A DNA stretch of 61,900 nucleotides from a bacterium (GTDB lineage: Bacteria; Patescibacteriota; Minisyncoccia; Minisyncoccales; GBS-2). Position numbers and translations under genes: made by a program. The stretch is taken from the NCBI GenBank assembly GCA_036803205.1, contig DAIRUS010000003.1, forward strand, positions 1 to 61,900. The letters are read 5' to 3'. Position 1 is the stretch's first letter. Each line of letters begins with the position of its first letter. The notes below the pieces were generated by a model. The model was not told the origin of the DNA and searched no databases. It was given only the letters and a program-made list of their open reading frames with translations. Shown here in pieces: positions 9,108 to 17,436 of the stretch.

Positions 9108-10025
9108 TCAAAATCCGGTAGCAATTAAAGTTAATTTAATCTCTCCCTCCTTTAAGGTTTCATCTTCAATGGCACCAAAAATAACTTTTGCTTGAGGGTT
9201 TATTTCTTTAGTAAGAATTCTGCCAATTTCTTCAACTTCGTAAAGCGAAATATCTTGGCCAGAAACATTAAATAAAATTCCTTTTGCTCCAACCGGCGTT
9301 ATATCTAAAAGAGGGGAACTTAAAGCTAATCTGGTCACCGTCTCGGCTCTTTTTTCACCAAAAGCCCTACCTACACCAAAAAGAGCTGTTCCAGAATTTT
9401 TCAGAATTGATTTAATGTCAGCAAAATTGAGACTGATAATACCAGGCGCGGTTATTAAACCGGAAATCGCCCTGACTGCTTCTCTTAAGATCTCATCGCA
9501 GACCCAGAAAGCAGAAGAGATGGAGGTTTTTGGATCTAAAATCTCTAATAATTTGTCATTTTTTATACAAACTAAACTATCCACCTTTTCTTTTAGTTTT
9601 GCTATCCCCTCTTCGGCAATTTTTGTTCTCGTCTGGCCTTCAAAAGAGAATGGTTTTGTCACTACTGCTACTGTCAGGGCTCCTAAGTTTTTAGCAATTT
9701 CGGCCACCACCGGGCCAGCACCAGTTCCAGTCCCGCCACCAGCACCATAGGTAATAAAAATCATATCAGCTCCCTTTAAAATTTGGGTAATCTCTTTATC
9801 GCTTTCTTTAGCTGCCGCCTCACCAATTTCAGGTTTCATTCCTGCACCTAGGCCTTGGGTAACATTTTTACCAATTCTCAATTTTAAATCAGCTTTAGTT
9901 TTTTTTAAATCTTGATAATCAGTATTAACAGCAATCAGTTCTACTTCCTCGATTTTTGTCTTTTTCATCCTAGCAATAGCATTTCCACCCGAACCTCCAA
10001 CTCCTACCACTTTAATCTTTGTCAT
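9108..10025 (-). CDS. ftsZ: cell division GTPase FtsZ, core domain only (305 aa)
   Basis: GVGGSGGNAI and GGGTGTGAGPVVA tubulin signature. Ends at ...LIATGF, so there is no linker or C-terminal peptide. Start moved to MTKIKVVGVGG. Confidence 0.9.
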   Translation of the reverse strand: MTKIKVVGVGGSGGNAIARMKKTKIEEVELIAVNTDYQDLKKTKADLKLRIGKNVTQGLGAGMKPEIGEAAAKESDKEITQILKGADMIFITYGAGGGTGTGAGPVVAEIAKNLGALTVAVVTKPFSFEGQTRTKIAEEGIAKLKEKVDSLVCIKNDKLLEILDPKTSISSAFWVCDEILREAVRAISGLITAPGIISLNFADIKSILKNSGTALFGVGRAFGEKRAETVTRLALSSPLLDITPVGAKGILFNVSGQDISLYEVEEIGRILTKEINPQAKVIFGAIEDETLKEGEIKLTLIATGF

Positions 10026-10114
10026 AATTTGCCATTTAACTAATTGACCCCAATTAGCCAATTAGTATTAATTTTCTTCCGCTAATTTTTGCTAATTGAA
10101 CTGATCGACCTATC

Positions 10115-11305
10115 TTAAGGTATAAAAATTCTTAAAAATTTTTTTATTTTTGAAGTTATTCCGCTACCGAACTTGAAATTTTTTTCTTCTGCCTGGCATT
10201 CGGCTCCATAAAGAACTAATCCGCAAACCACAGCCAATCTTAAATCTTCTTCCAACCCAAAGATTCCCTTTGGTCTCCCAATTCGAACTGGTAAGTGGAG
10301 TTTATCTTTTGCCAAGTCCAAAATCTTTGGCAACTTGGCTCCTCCTCCCGTTAAGACAATACCGCCGGGAAGTAATTTTTCTTTTCTGATTTTTTTAAGC
10401 TCCTGATTAACTAAGTTAAAAAGCTCTGAAACTCTGTCTGAAATGATTTTGACTAAAAATTTTTTTGAAAAAATTAAGGGCGCATTTCCTCCAAAGTTAA
10501 TTTTTTGACGCATATCTTTTCCTTTAAAAAGACAACTCCCATATTCTTGTTTTATTCTCTCGGCGACTTCGACGTCTATTTTTAAACCAATAGCAATATC
10601 ATCGGTAATATTGTCAGAACCAATCGGTAAGACCGCCAAATGCAATAAATCTCCTTCTTCAAAAACAGCTAAACCGGTGGTGCCAGCCCCAATGTCTACC
10701 ACTGCTACCCCTAACTCTTTTTGTTTTTCATTCAAAACTGCTCTAGCTGCTGCCACGGGAGCGGGGATGGCATCCAAAACTTCTAAGTCGGCACCCAAAA
10801 TCGCCTTTTTCTGATTTTCCAAATAGGGAGAGAAACCTCCCAAGGCTAAAACCTCTGCCTCCAGTCTCACTCCCTGAAGACCAACCGCTTTTTTTACCTC
10901 CGCCTGACCATCAACAATAAATTCTTTAACTATAGCATCGAAAATTTCTTTGTTAGAAGGAAGATTAATTGTCTGAGCAGCTTGTAAGACCCTTTGGACA
11001 TCTTCTTCAGAAATTTTTTGGTCTGCCCGAGAAACCGAAATAAGCCCTCGGGAAAAAACCGAAAAAAGATGGCTACCGTTTAAAGCGGTATAAACTGAAT
11101 TGATTTTTTCCCCCACTTCGGCTGCTATCTTTTGAAAAAGAACTGAAAGAATATTAGAAACCTTTTCCCCATCAATTATTACTCCTCTTCTAACTCCTTC
11201 TGTCGGTTCTTCAGCTTTTGATATTAATTCCAAATTCCCCTCTTTGTTTCTTTCAACGAGGAGAATTTTTGTTTTTGATGTTCCAATGTCCAAACCACAA
11301 ATCAT
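10115..11305 (-). CDS. ftsA: cell division protein FtsA
   Basis: Actin-fold motifs (GLDIGTSK, VVDIGAGTT, VLTGGGAKL). C-terminal amphipathic tail (KIKKFLRIFIP). Sits directly upstream of ftsZ. Confidence 0.9.
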   Translation of the reverse strand: MICGLDIGTSKTKILLVERNKEGNLELISKAEEPTEGVRRGVIIDGEKVSNILSVLFQKIAAEVGEKINSVYTALNGSHLFSVFSRGLISVSRADQKISEEDVQRVLQAAQTINLPSNKEIFDAIVKEFIVDGQAEVKKAVGLQGVRLEAEVLALGGFSPYLENQKKAILGADLEVLDAIPAPVAAARAVLNEKQKELGVAVVDIGAGTTGLAVFEEGDLLHLAVLPIGSDNITDDIAIGLKIDVEVAERIKQEYGSCLFKGKDMRQKINFGGNAPLIFSKKFLVKIISDRVSELFNLVNQELKKIRKEKLLPGGIVLTGGGAKLPKILDLAKDKLHLPVRIGRPKGIFGLEEDLRLAVVCGLVLYGAECQAEEKNFKFGSGITSKIKKFLRIFIP

Positions 11306-11313
11306 ATCGCTTT

Positions 11314-11760
11314 TTATATTTTAGCGAAAATTTGATTTAAATAAAAATTCTCTCTTTCTTCCATTAATTTTGCCTTTTTCAAAGACTTCTCGTGGTTATA
11401 ATCCAGTAAATGTAAAATACCATGAATCAAAACTCGAGTTAGTTCTTTTTCAAAAGTAGTTTGAAATCTTTTGGCATTTTTCCTGACTTCTTCTAAACAA
11501 ATAACAATTTCGCCCAAAAGCGGCTCAACAAATTTTTGATTTTTGATTTTTGATTTTTGATTTTGACCAAAGGCTAAAACATCAGTCGTTCGATTCTTCC
11601 CTAAATATCGTTTATTCAACTCCTTCATCCTTCCTTGGTCAACAAAAACAATTGATAAATTGGATCGTTCTTTTTTCTCTTCTTTTAATACCTTTTGACT
11701 TACTCTTTTCAAAAATTCCTCATCAATTGGATTAGTTGTTAAATTAATAATTTCAATCAT
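11314..11760 (-). CDS. ybeY: rRNA maturation endoribonuclease YbeY
   Basis: HGILHLLDYNH zinc motif (H-x3-H-x5-H). 148 aa. Confidence 0.85.
   Translation of the reverse strand: MIEIINLTTNPIDEEFLKRVSQKVLKEEKKERSNLSIVFVDQGRMKELNKRYLGKNRTTDVLAFGQNQKSKIKNQKFVEPLLGEIVICLEEVRKNAKRFQTTFEKELTRVLIHGILHLLDYNHEKSLKKAKLMEERENFYLNQIFAKI
11533..11566. repeat. heptanucleotide tandem repeat (TTTTTGA x4.9) inside ybeY
   Basis: Direct reading of 11533-11566. Encodes QNQKSKIKNQKF on the minus strand. Confidence 0.9.
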
Positions 11761-11835
11761 AATTTACTCAAAAAACCGAAAAGTAAAAAAATAATCCTTA
11801 AATAATCCTATCAGATTAAAAATTAAAATCAAAAT

Positions 11836-13206
11836 TTATTCATAATTTTTTTCAACCCACTCTAGAATTTTTTCACCATCTCGGCAATTATCTTCTGAGC
11901 CCAAAACAACAATAACGATTGGTCTTTTTTCCTTTTTAAATTCTAATTCAAAAATGGAAAGCAAAACCTCTTGAGCCTCAGTAGTCTGGCCCACCTTTCC
12001 GCCAACAAAGTTTTCTTTTTCAAAAAAACAATTAAAATTTTTTAAATCTTTAAAATCTTTGGCAATTAAGTGGGAATAAATTTTACCCCGACTGATATCC
12101 AAAACAAATCGTCGATTGTTATAAAGATATTTTGCCAGCGAAAATAAATCTTCTGGCGAGGCAATATTTTCTTTATTTCCGCCAAAACTATCTTTAAAAT
12201 AGGCTGTTTTTAAACCGATGGCTTTGGTTTTTTTATTCATCAGCTCAATAAACTTATCTTCTCTCAAGAACCTTGATAGGGCTTTCGCTGCCTCATTAGA
12301 AGATTCTGTTAAAAGAGGATAGAGTAAATCAAAACCGGTCCAAAATTCACCTACTTTTAATCTCGGTCTTGAGGTAAAAATCAAATCTGACTCCTTAATC
12401 TCGATTTTTTGCCAGAGATTGATATATTCAGTAGCAACCAAAGCAGACATTAGTTTGCTAATTGAGGCAATGGGTAAAGCCTCTTTAGAATTTTTTTCCA
12501 GAAAAACAAAGTTACTTTTGAGATCGGCGGCTAAATAAGCCTTAGCCGAAATTTCTGGTTTTTTTAACTGATAAGAAAAATTATCTTTTAAAAAAGAATT
12601 TTCAATAATTAAAATGGGGGTTCCAATTTTAACTTCTTTAAAAATCTCCTCAGCATCGGAAGTAGATAATCTAATACAGCCACCAGAAAAGGTGGAAGCA
12701 ACTGGTTGACCGTTGGGATAATATGGCCAACCGTGAATAAAAAAATTGCCCTGAAATTGAAGAGAAAAGGGCATATAAACCTGACCAAAGGAAGAAAAAA
12801 CATTTTGAATTTTTGCTTCTACCTGATAAAAACCAACCGGCGTCTCCCAAAAAGAACCTTCTTTACCAAAAGCTAAAATCTGATAGCTTTTTTTAAAATT
12901 CCCTTTTTCAAAAAAATCAATTCTCTTCTCTGAAAGATTAACTAATAAAAAATCCGATTTCTCTTTGACTAACTCTTTTTTAACTCTCTCAAAAAAATCA
13001 TTCTCGATTAAATTAGGAAAGCCTCCAAATTGAAATCTTTCGGCTGGCAAACCTTTTTCGCCAATAATTTGCGAAATTCTTTTTATCCTTTCTTGAGATT
13101 CTCTGATTTTCGTTTCTTTTTTGAGATAAATTTGCCAAAAAATAAAAGAGGAAATTACAAAACAAAAAACTAAAAAAAGAAGGTAAAAAATTACAATTTT
13201 TTTCAT
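11836..13206 (-). CDS. fusion protein: L,D-transpeptidase (YkuD) domain + D-alanyl-D-alanine carboxypeptidase (S11/PBP5-like) domain
   Basis: N-terminal TM segment. FIHGWPY...SGGCIRLS is the YkuD H/C catalytic motif. ASISKLM (SxxK), SSNEA (SxN) and GKVGQT (KTG-like) are the penicillin-binding triad. Confidence 0.7.
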   Translation of the reverse strand: MKKIVIFYLLFLVFCFVISSFIFWQIYLKKETKIRESQERIKRISQIIGEKGLPAERFQFGGFPNLIENDFFERVKKELVKEKSDFLLVNLSEKRIDFFEKGNFKKSYQILAFGKEGSFWETPVGFYQVEAKIQNVFSSFGQVYMPFSLQFQGNFFIHGWPYYPNGQPVASTFSGGCIRLSTSDAEEIFKEVKIGTPILIIENSFLKDNFSYQLKKPEISAKAYLAADLKSNFVFLEKNSKEALPIASISKLMSALVATEYINLWQKIEIKESDLIFTSRPRLKVGEFWTGFDLLYPLLTESSNEAAKALSRFLREDKFIELMNKKTKAIGLKTAYFKDSFGGNKENIASPEDLFSLAKYLYNNRRFVLDISRGKIYSHLIAKDFKDLKNFNCFFEKENFVGGKVGQTTEAQEVLLSIFELEFKKEKRPIVIVVLGSEDNCRDGEKILEWVEKNYE

Positions 13207-13222
13207 TTTTCATTGGGAGTGA

Positions 13223-13792
13223 TCAGATTTTTTCATTTGAACCCAACAACTCTTTCACTATTTTGCTCACTAACTGACCATCGGCCCTTCCTTTGAGTTT
13301 TGGCATTAAATTGGCCATAATTTTTCCCATATGCTTAATTCCAATCTTTTCCTGCTCGGAAAGGGGAAAACTGGCTTTTAAGGCAGAAATTGCCTCTTGG
13401 ACTAATTTTCTAATTTCTTCTTCTGAAAGTTGTTTAGGTAAATATTTTTGAAGAATTTCTAACTCCTCCTTTTCTATTTTTACCAAATCTTCCCGCCCAC
13501 CATTTTCAAATTCTAAAATCGCCTCTTTTCTTTTTTTTATTTCAGAAAAAATAGCCTCGATTACCTCTTCGTCGGTGAGGGCGCTTTCTTTTTCTAGCTC
13601 TTGGGCTAACCTGCTTTCTTTTTTTAATTCTTCAACAACTATCCCTGATTTTTCTTGACTTAATCTATATCGTTTTTCCTTTTCTTTATTGAAAATAGCG
13701 GCCCAGAGCATTCGTAAGGTCGAAACCTCTCTCTCTTTTCTTTCTTTTAAGGCAGACTTTAAATCTCCTTGAATTTTTTCTTTTAAAGTCAT
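13223..13792 (-). CDS. GatB/YqeY domain protein
   Basis: MTLKEKIQGDLKSALKERKE...STLRML and the C-terminal KHMGKIM...LKGRADG pattern are typical of YqeY. Confidence 0.7.
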   Translation of the reverse strand: MTLKEKIQGDLKSALKERKEREVSTLRMLWAAIFNKEKEKRYRLSQEKSGIVVEELKKESRLAQELEKESALTDEEVIEAIFSEIKKRKEAILEFENGGREDLVKIEKEELEILQKYLPKQLSEEEIRKLVQEAISALKASFPLSEQEKIGIKHMGKIMANLMPKLKGRADGQLVSKIVKELLGSNEKI

Positions 13793-13797
13793 TATGA

Positions 13798-14016
13798 TTA
13801 CTTTATTTTCCCTAATTTCTTTAATTTTTCATACTCTTTTTTTAGTTCTTCCCGTCTTAAAGCCGCTCGCCTTTTCATATTTCTTGATTTCTCTCTGTCC
13901 TTAAACGTCTTTTCTCTAACTCTCGTTAAAATCCCACTCTGTTGAAGAGCGCGAGTAAAACGCCTAACCAGGTTTTGAGGATTTTCCTTTTCTTTTCTTT
14001 TAATTTCTAAAGGCAT
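13798..14016 (-). CDS. rpsU: 30S ribosomal protein S21
   Basis: 72 aa, highly basic. LVRRFTRALQQSGIL...REKTF S21 pattern. Confidence 0.8.
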   Translation of the reverse strand: MPLEIKRKEKENPQNLVRRFTRALQQSGILTRVREKTFKDREKSRNMKRRAALRREELKKEYEKLKKLGKIK

Positions 14017-14034
14017 ATTAGTAAAAATATTAAG

Positions 14035-14418
14035 TTAGTTGTTTTCCCCTTTATTTTGGGATTCGCTTTTATTAATCGGATGGATGTCTTCGAAAAGGGG
14101 AGCTCCTCCGATCAAATGTAAATGAACGTGCTCGATGACTTGGCCACCGTGGCGATGGACTCGAAATAAAAGTTTATATCCTCCTTCTGAGATTCCGAAA
14201 TTATCGGCTATCTTTTTAGCGATAAAAATCATCTCGCCTATTAATTTTATATCTTTCTCTTTTATATCAGCTATGCTCGGAATATGGTTTTTTGGAATAA
14301 TTAAAATATGAACCGGTGCCAAAGGGTTAATATCTTTAAAAGCGAGAATCTTCTTGTTTTCATAAACAATATCAGCCGGGATATTTCTATTGACAATTTT
14401 ACAAAAAAGACATTCCAT
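14035..14418 (-). CDS. HIT-family nucleotide hydrolase
   Basis: CLFCKI and histidine triad HVHLHLIGG. Confidence 0.85.
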   Translation of the reverse strand: MECLFCKIVNRNIPADIVYENKKILAFKDINPLAPVHILIIPKNHIPSIADIKEKDIKLIGEMIFIAKKIADNFGISEGGYKLLFRVHRHGGQVIEHVHLHLIGGAPLFEDIHPINKSESQNKGENN

Positions 14419-14431
14419 AATTTTTCATCAG

Positions 14432-15712
14432 TTATTTACTCAATCGTTTTTTTATCGTTGTGACCACCTCGTTTAATTTTATTGTTTCTTGTCTTCCCGA
14501 AGACATATCTCTTATAATGACTGTTCCGTCCAAAACCTCTTTCTGGCCCAAAATGAGAGTATATTTAACTCCTACCCTGTCTGCTAATCTTAACTGAGCT
14601 TTTAAAGAGTCTCGTCCAAATGATTCAAAAACATATATATTTTCTTTTCTAAAATCTTCTATCAGTTTTAAGCCCTTCCTCTTGGCTAACGGGCCTAATT
14701 GGGCTAAAAAAATATTGGCTTTTTTTTCTTTAGGAAATTTAAGGGCTTTTTCTTTCAACAAAGAAACTATTCTTTCAATACCGGCTGCTCCTCCAACCGC
14801 TGGAGTATCTTTTCCGCCTAAAATTTTTATCAAAGCATCATACCTCCCTCCCCCAATCAACGCTCCTAAAACTCTTCCCTTTTCGCTTTCCTCACATATT
14901 TCAAAAACAGTTTTAGTATAATAATCTAGTCCTCTCACTAAACAAGGGAATAGATAATAAGGCAGTCCTATTTCGTCCAAAAACTCTAAAAGTTCTTTAA
15001 AATGGCGATGACAAGATTCACAGAGATGATCGAGTATTTGAGGGGCTTGGGAAATTATTCTTTGACATTTTTCCTCTTTGCAGTCTAAAATTCGCAGAGG
15101 ATTTTGTTTAAACCTTCTTTTACAATCTCCGCATAAACCATCAAGTCTTGATTTTAAATAACTACTTAAAAGTTTTTTATAATAGGGACGGCAGGCTTTA
15201 TCGCCAATACTATTAATTTTTATAATTAGATTTTTCAATTTTAACTCCATCAAAATATTATAAAAAATTTGAATAATTTGAGCGTCAATAACTGGACCTT
15301 CTTCTCCTAAAACCTCAAAACCAAACTGCCAAAATTGCCGATATCTCCCAGCCTGGGGCTTTTCGTAGCGAAAAAATGGACCAAAATACCAAAGCTTGAC
15401 CGGCTGGGGCAGGTTTTGAAAGCCGTGTTCAATATAGGCCCGGGCAATAGGGGCAGTGCCCTCTGGTCTCAAGGTTAATAAATCGCCACCTTTAGTTTTA
15501 AAAGAGAACATCTCTTTTTGAACAATGTCGGTAGCCAAACCTATTCCTCTGGAAAAAAGCTCGGTTTCTTCTAAAATTGGAGTTTCAATTTTTTGGAAAT
15601 TATAAAATCCAGCTATTTCTTCGATAATGTTATAGATCTTTTGAAAATACTTTTGGTCTGCTGGTAAAATATCATGCATTCCGGTCGGAGATTGAAATTT
15701 GGGCTTTTTCAT
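14432..15712 (-). CDS. hisS: histidyl-tRNA synthetase
   Basis: Class II motifs (LRPEGTAPIAR, FRYEKPQAGRYRQF, GGGRYD) and a C-terminal anticodon-binding domain. Confidence 0.9.
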   Translation of the reverse strand: MKKPKFQSPTGMHDILPADQKYFQKIYNIIEEIAGFYNFQKIETPILEETELFSRGIGLATDIVQKEMFSFKTKGGDLLTLRPEGTAPIARAYIEHGFQNLPQPVKLWYFGPFFRYEKPQAGRYRQFWQFGFEVLGEEGPVIDAQIIQIFYNILMELKLKNLIIKINSIGDKACRPYYKKLLSSYLKSRLDGLCGDCKRRFKQNPLRILDCKEEKCQRIISQAPQILDHLCESCHRHFKELLEFLDEIGLPYYLFPCLVRGLDYYTKTVFEICEESEKGRVLGALIGGGRYDALIKILGGKDTPAVGGAAGIERIVSLLKEKALKFPKEKKANIFLAQLGPLAKRKGLKLIEDFRKENIYVFESFGRDSLKAQLRLADRVGVKYTLILGQKEVLDGTVIIRDMSSGRQETIKLNEVVTTIKKRLSK

Positions 15713-16251
15713 AAATTTTCATAATGAGGTGCTTCAAATTTAGCAAAGGCAGTCAGCGGCCAAGCTCTTAAAAAAACCCGACCGACAATATTTTTCTTTG
15801 GTAAAGCCCCCCAGTACCTCGAATCAGAAGAAGCCTCTCGATTGTCACCCAAGACGAAGTATTCGTCTTCCGATAATTTTAAGTGAACAACGCCCCTGGT
15901 TTCAATCCCTAAGGGAAGATAGGAAGTTTCATCCAAAAATTCTCCATTTATCTTCACCATTCCCCCTTCAATGCCGACTTCTTCTCCCGGTAGACCAATG
16001 ATTCTTTTAATATAACGTTGGCTAGGATTTCTCGGAAATCTAAAAACAACCACTTCTCCCCTTTTGGGCTCTCGTAATCTAAAAGATAATTCATCAATAA
16101 TCAAATAATCCCCCGGTTCAAAATTCGGCTTCATCGACTGACCGCTAACAATAAATGGCTGAAATAAAAAATAGCGAATGGGTAAAACTATTAATAAAGC
16201 AATAATAACAATTTTTATAATTTCCCAGATAAAGATTAAAAATTTTTTCAT
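15709..16251 (-). CDS. lepB: signal peptidase I
   Basis: N-terminal TM segment. SGQSMKPN (catalytic Ser), RIIGLPGE and GDNREASSDSRYWG boxes. Confidence 0.9.
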   Translation of the reverse strand: MKKFLIFIWEIIKIVIIALLIVLPIRYFLFQPFIVSGQSMKPNFEPGDYLIIDELSFRLREPKRGEVVVFRFPRNPSQRYIKRIIGLPGEEVGIEGGMVKINGEFLDETSYLPLGIETRGVVHLKLSEDEYFVLGDNREASSDSRYWGALPKKNIVGRVFLRAWPLTAFAKFEAPHYENL

Positions 16252-16304
16252 AACATTTTTATTATAACAAGATTTTCGGATTTTACAAGGAAAATGATAT
16301 AATA

Positions 16305-16949
16305 ATGAATTATAATATTTCCTCTATGACAATTATCATTGGGTTAGGTAATCCCGGAAAAAAATTTCAAAAAACTCGCCATAATCTTGGCTTCCGGGTA
16401 ATTGATGTATTTGGGAAAAAAAATCAGTTTCCCAATTTTAGAATCTTAAAGAAATGTCTGGCCTTAATTTCCGAAAAGAAATTGAATAATGAAAAAATCC
16501 TCCTGGCAAAGCCCCAAACCTTTATGAATCTATCAGGAAAATCAGTGAAGCTTCTCATCCACCACTTTTTCCCCAAACCCCAAATACTCCAAATAAATGC
16601 CATGGCTGATATTTGGAGTATTGAAGAGAGAGTTTGGATAGTTCATGATGAAATCGATTTGCCTCTGGGAGAGATAAAGATCGTCAAAAATCGAGGAGCA
16701 GCTGGTCACAAAGGAGTTCAATCAATAATCGATGAATTGAAAACTAAAAACTTTGTAAGAATCCGAATTGGAATCAGACCAAAAAATCAAGAAACTGAAA
16801 AACAAAAAAACATTGAAAAGTTTGTTCTTCAAAAATTTGATAAAGAAGAGGAAAAAATTGTTAAAGAAGTAATAAAAAAAACTGCCCAAGCTCTTGAATT
16901 TACCTTAAAAAATGGTTTAGAAAAAGCAATGAGCGAATATAACAGATAA
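16305..16949 (+). CDS. pth: peptidyl-tRNA hydrolase carrying a 22-codon palindromic insertion (probable true start at 16326)
   Basis: IIGLGNPGKKFQKTRHNLGF, FMNLSGKSV, VHDEIDLPLG, GHKGVQSI. An extra segment, PKPQILQINAMADIWSIEERVW, lies between the FF and IVHDE blocks. Confidence 0.9.
   Translation: MNYNISSMTIIIGLGNPGKKFQKTRHNLGFRVIDVFGKKNQFPNFRILKKCLALISEKKLNNEKILLAKPQTFMNLSGKSVKLLIHHFFPKPQILQINAMADIWSIEERVWIVHDEIDLPLGEIKIVKNRGAAGHKGVQSIIDELKTKNFVRIRIGIRPKNQETEKQKNIEKFVLQKFDKEEEKIVKEVIKKTAQALEFTLKNGLEKAMSEYNR
16573..16637. repeat. third copy of the type-2 palindromic element, in frame inside pth
   Basis: The 23-mer ATACTCCAAATAAATGCCATGGC (16584-16606) is identical to 57628-57650, and TGGAGTATT (16614-16622) is also shared. 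Outer arms are CCAAAC/GTTTGG. Confidence 0.85.
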
Positions 16950-16957
16950 AAAATAAA

Positions 16958-16976
16958 CCAGGCCCGGGGAGCCTGG
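16958..16976 (-). terminator. intrinsic terminator for the 69-aa ORF
   Basis: Minus strand reads CCAGGC-tccccgg-GCCTGG followed by TTTATTTTTT. Confidence 0.6.
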
Positions 16977-16989
16977 ATTATCTAAACAT

Positions 16990-17199
16990 CTACCGGCAGT
17001 TTGCTTGAAGGTACTCGTAAATTGCTTGAATGATACTTCCGGGCATAACAGTAGAAGCATTAAAAACTACTACCACTGTCTCCCCGTGGAGGAGATAAAC
17101 GTAAATCATATCTTCCCAAAGCTCGAAACCTTCCGGCAGATTAATGGTTGGATGTTTAACCCTCCAGCACTTCTCTCTTACCTCTTTAGCTGTCAGCAT
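16990..17199 (-). CDS. 69-aa orphan protein
   Basis: Strong SD (GTAAGGAGGTGAGAGAATG). Locally higher GC than its surroundings. Has its own terminator. No recognisable motif. Confidence 0.55.
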   Translation of the reverse strand: MLTAKEVREKCWRVKHPTINLPEGFELWEDMIYVYLLHGETVVVVFNASTVMPGSIIQAIYEYLQANCR

Positions 17200-17227
17200 T
17201 CTCTCACCTCCTTACTATTTCTTTTTG

Positions 17228-17381
17228 CCCTCCGGTCTGCCAGCGAGTTCTATAATCTTGGAGAAAACTCCAAAATCATAGAGATAGGCCTCATGGCTAA
17301 AGGAGGGATCGCCAGATTTTTGCCACCTGCTACCACAAAGTGAGTAGCAGAGACAGGCCAACTCGCCAGCAGATCGGAAGG
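17228..17381 (-). promoter_or_regulatory. structured 5' leader / candidate cis-regulatory RNA upstream of the 69-aa ORF
   Basis: A 22-bp closing stem (17228-17249 with 17360-17381) pairs 21/22 as minus-strand RNA (3 G-U) but only 19/22 as plus-strand RNA. Internal hairpins TTGGAG-aaaa-CTCCAA and CTGCTAC-N10-GTAGCAG. GC-rich island. Confidence 0.45.
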
Positions 17382-17436
17382 TAAAACCGTTTATAATTTT
17401 TGATGCTTCGATAATATTATTTTATAATTTATTTAA

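Noticed and set aside
9415-10814. Antisense ORFs inside ftsZ, ftsA and other long genes (for example 9415-9750, 10611-10814, 14682-14921, 35321-35701, 48802-49074)
   Set aside because: They lie fully within well-supported genes on the opposite strand. Their composition (P/A/S-rich mirror of GC-richer codons) is typical of shadow ORFs.
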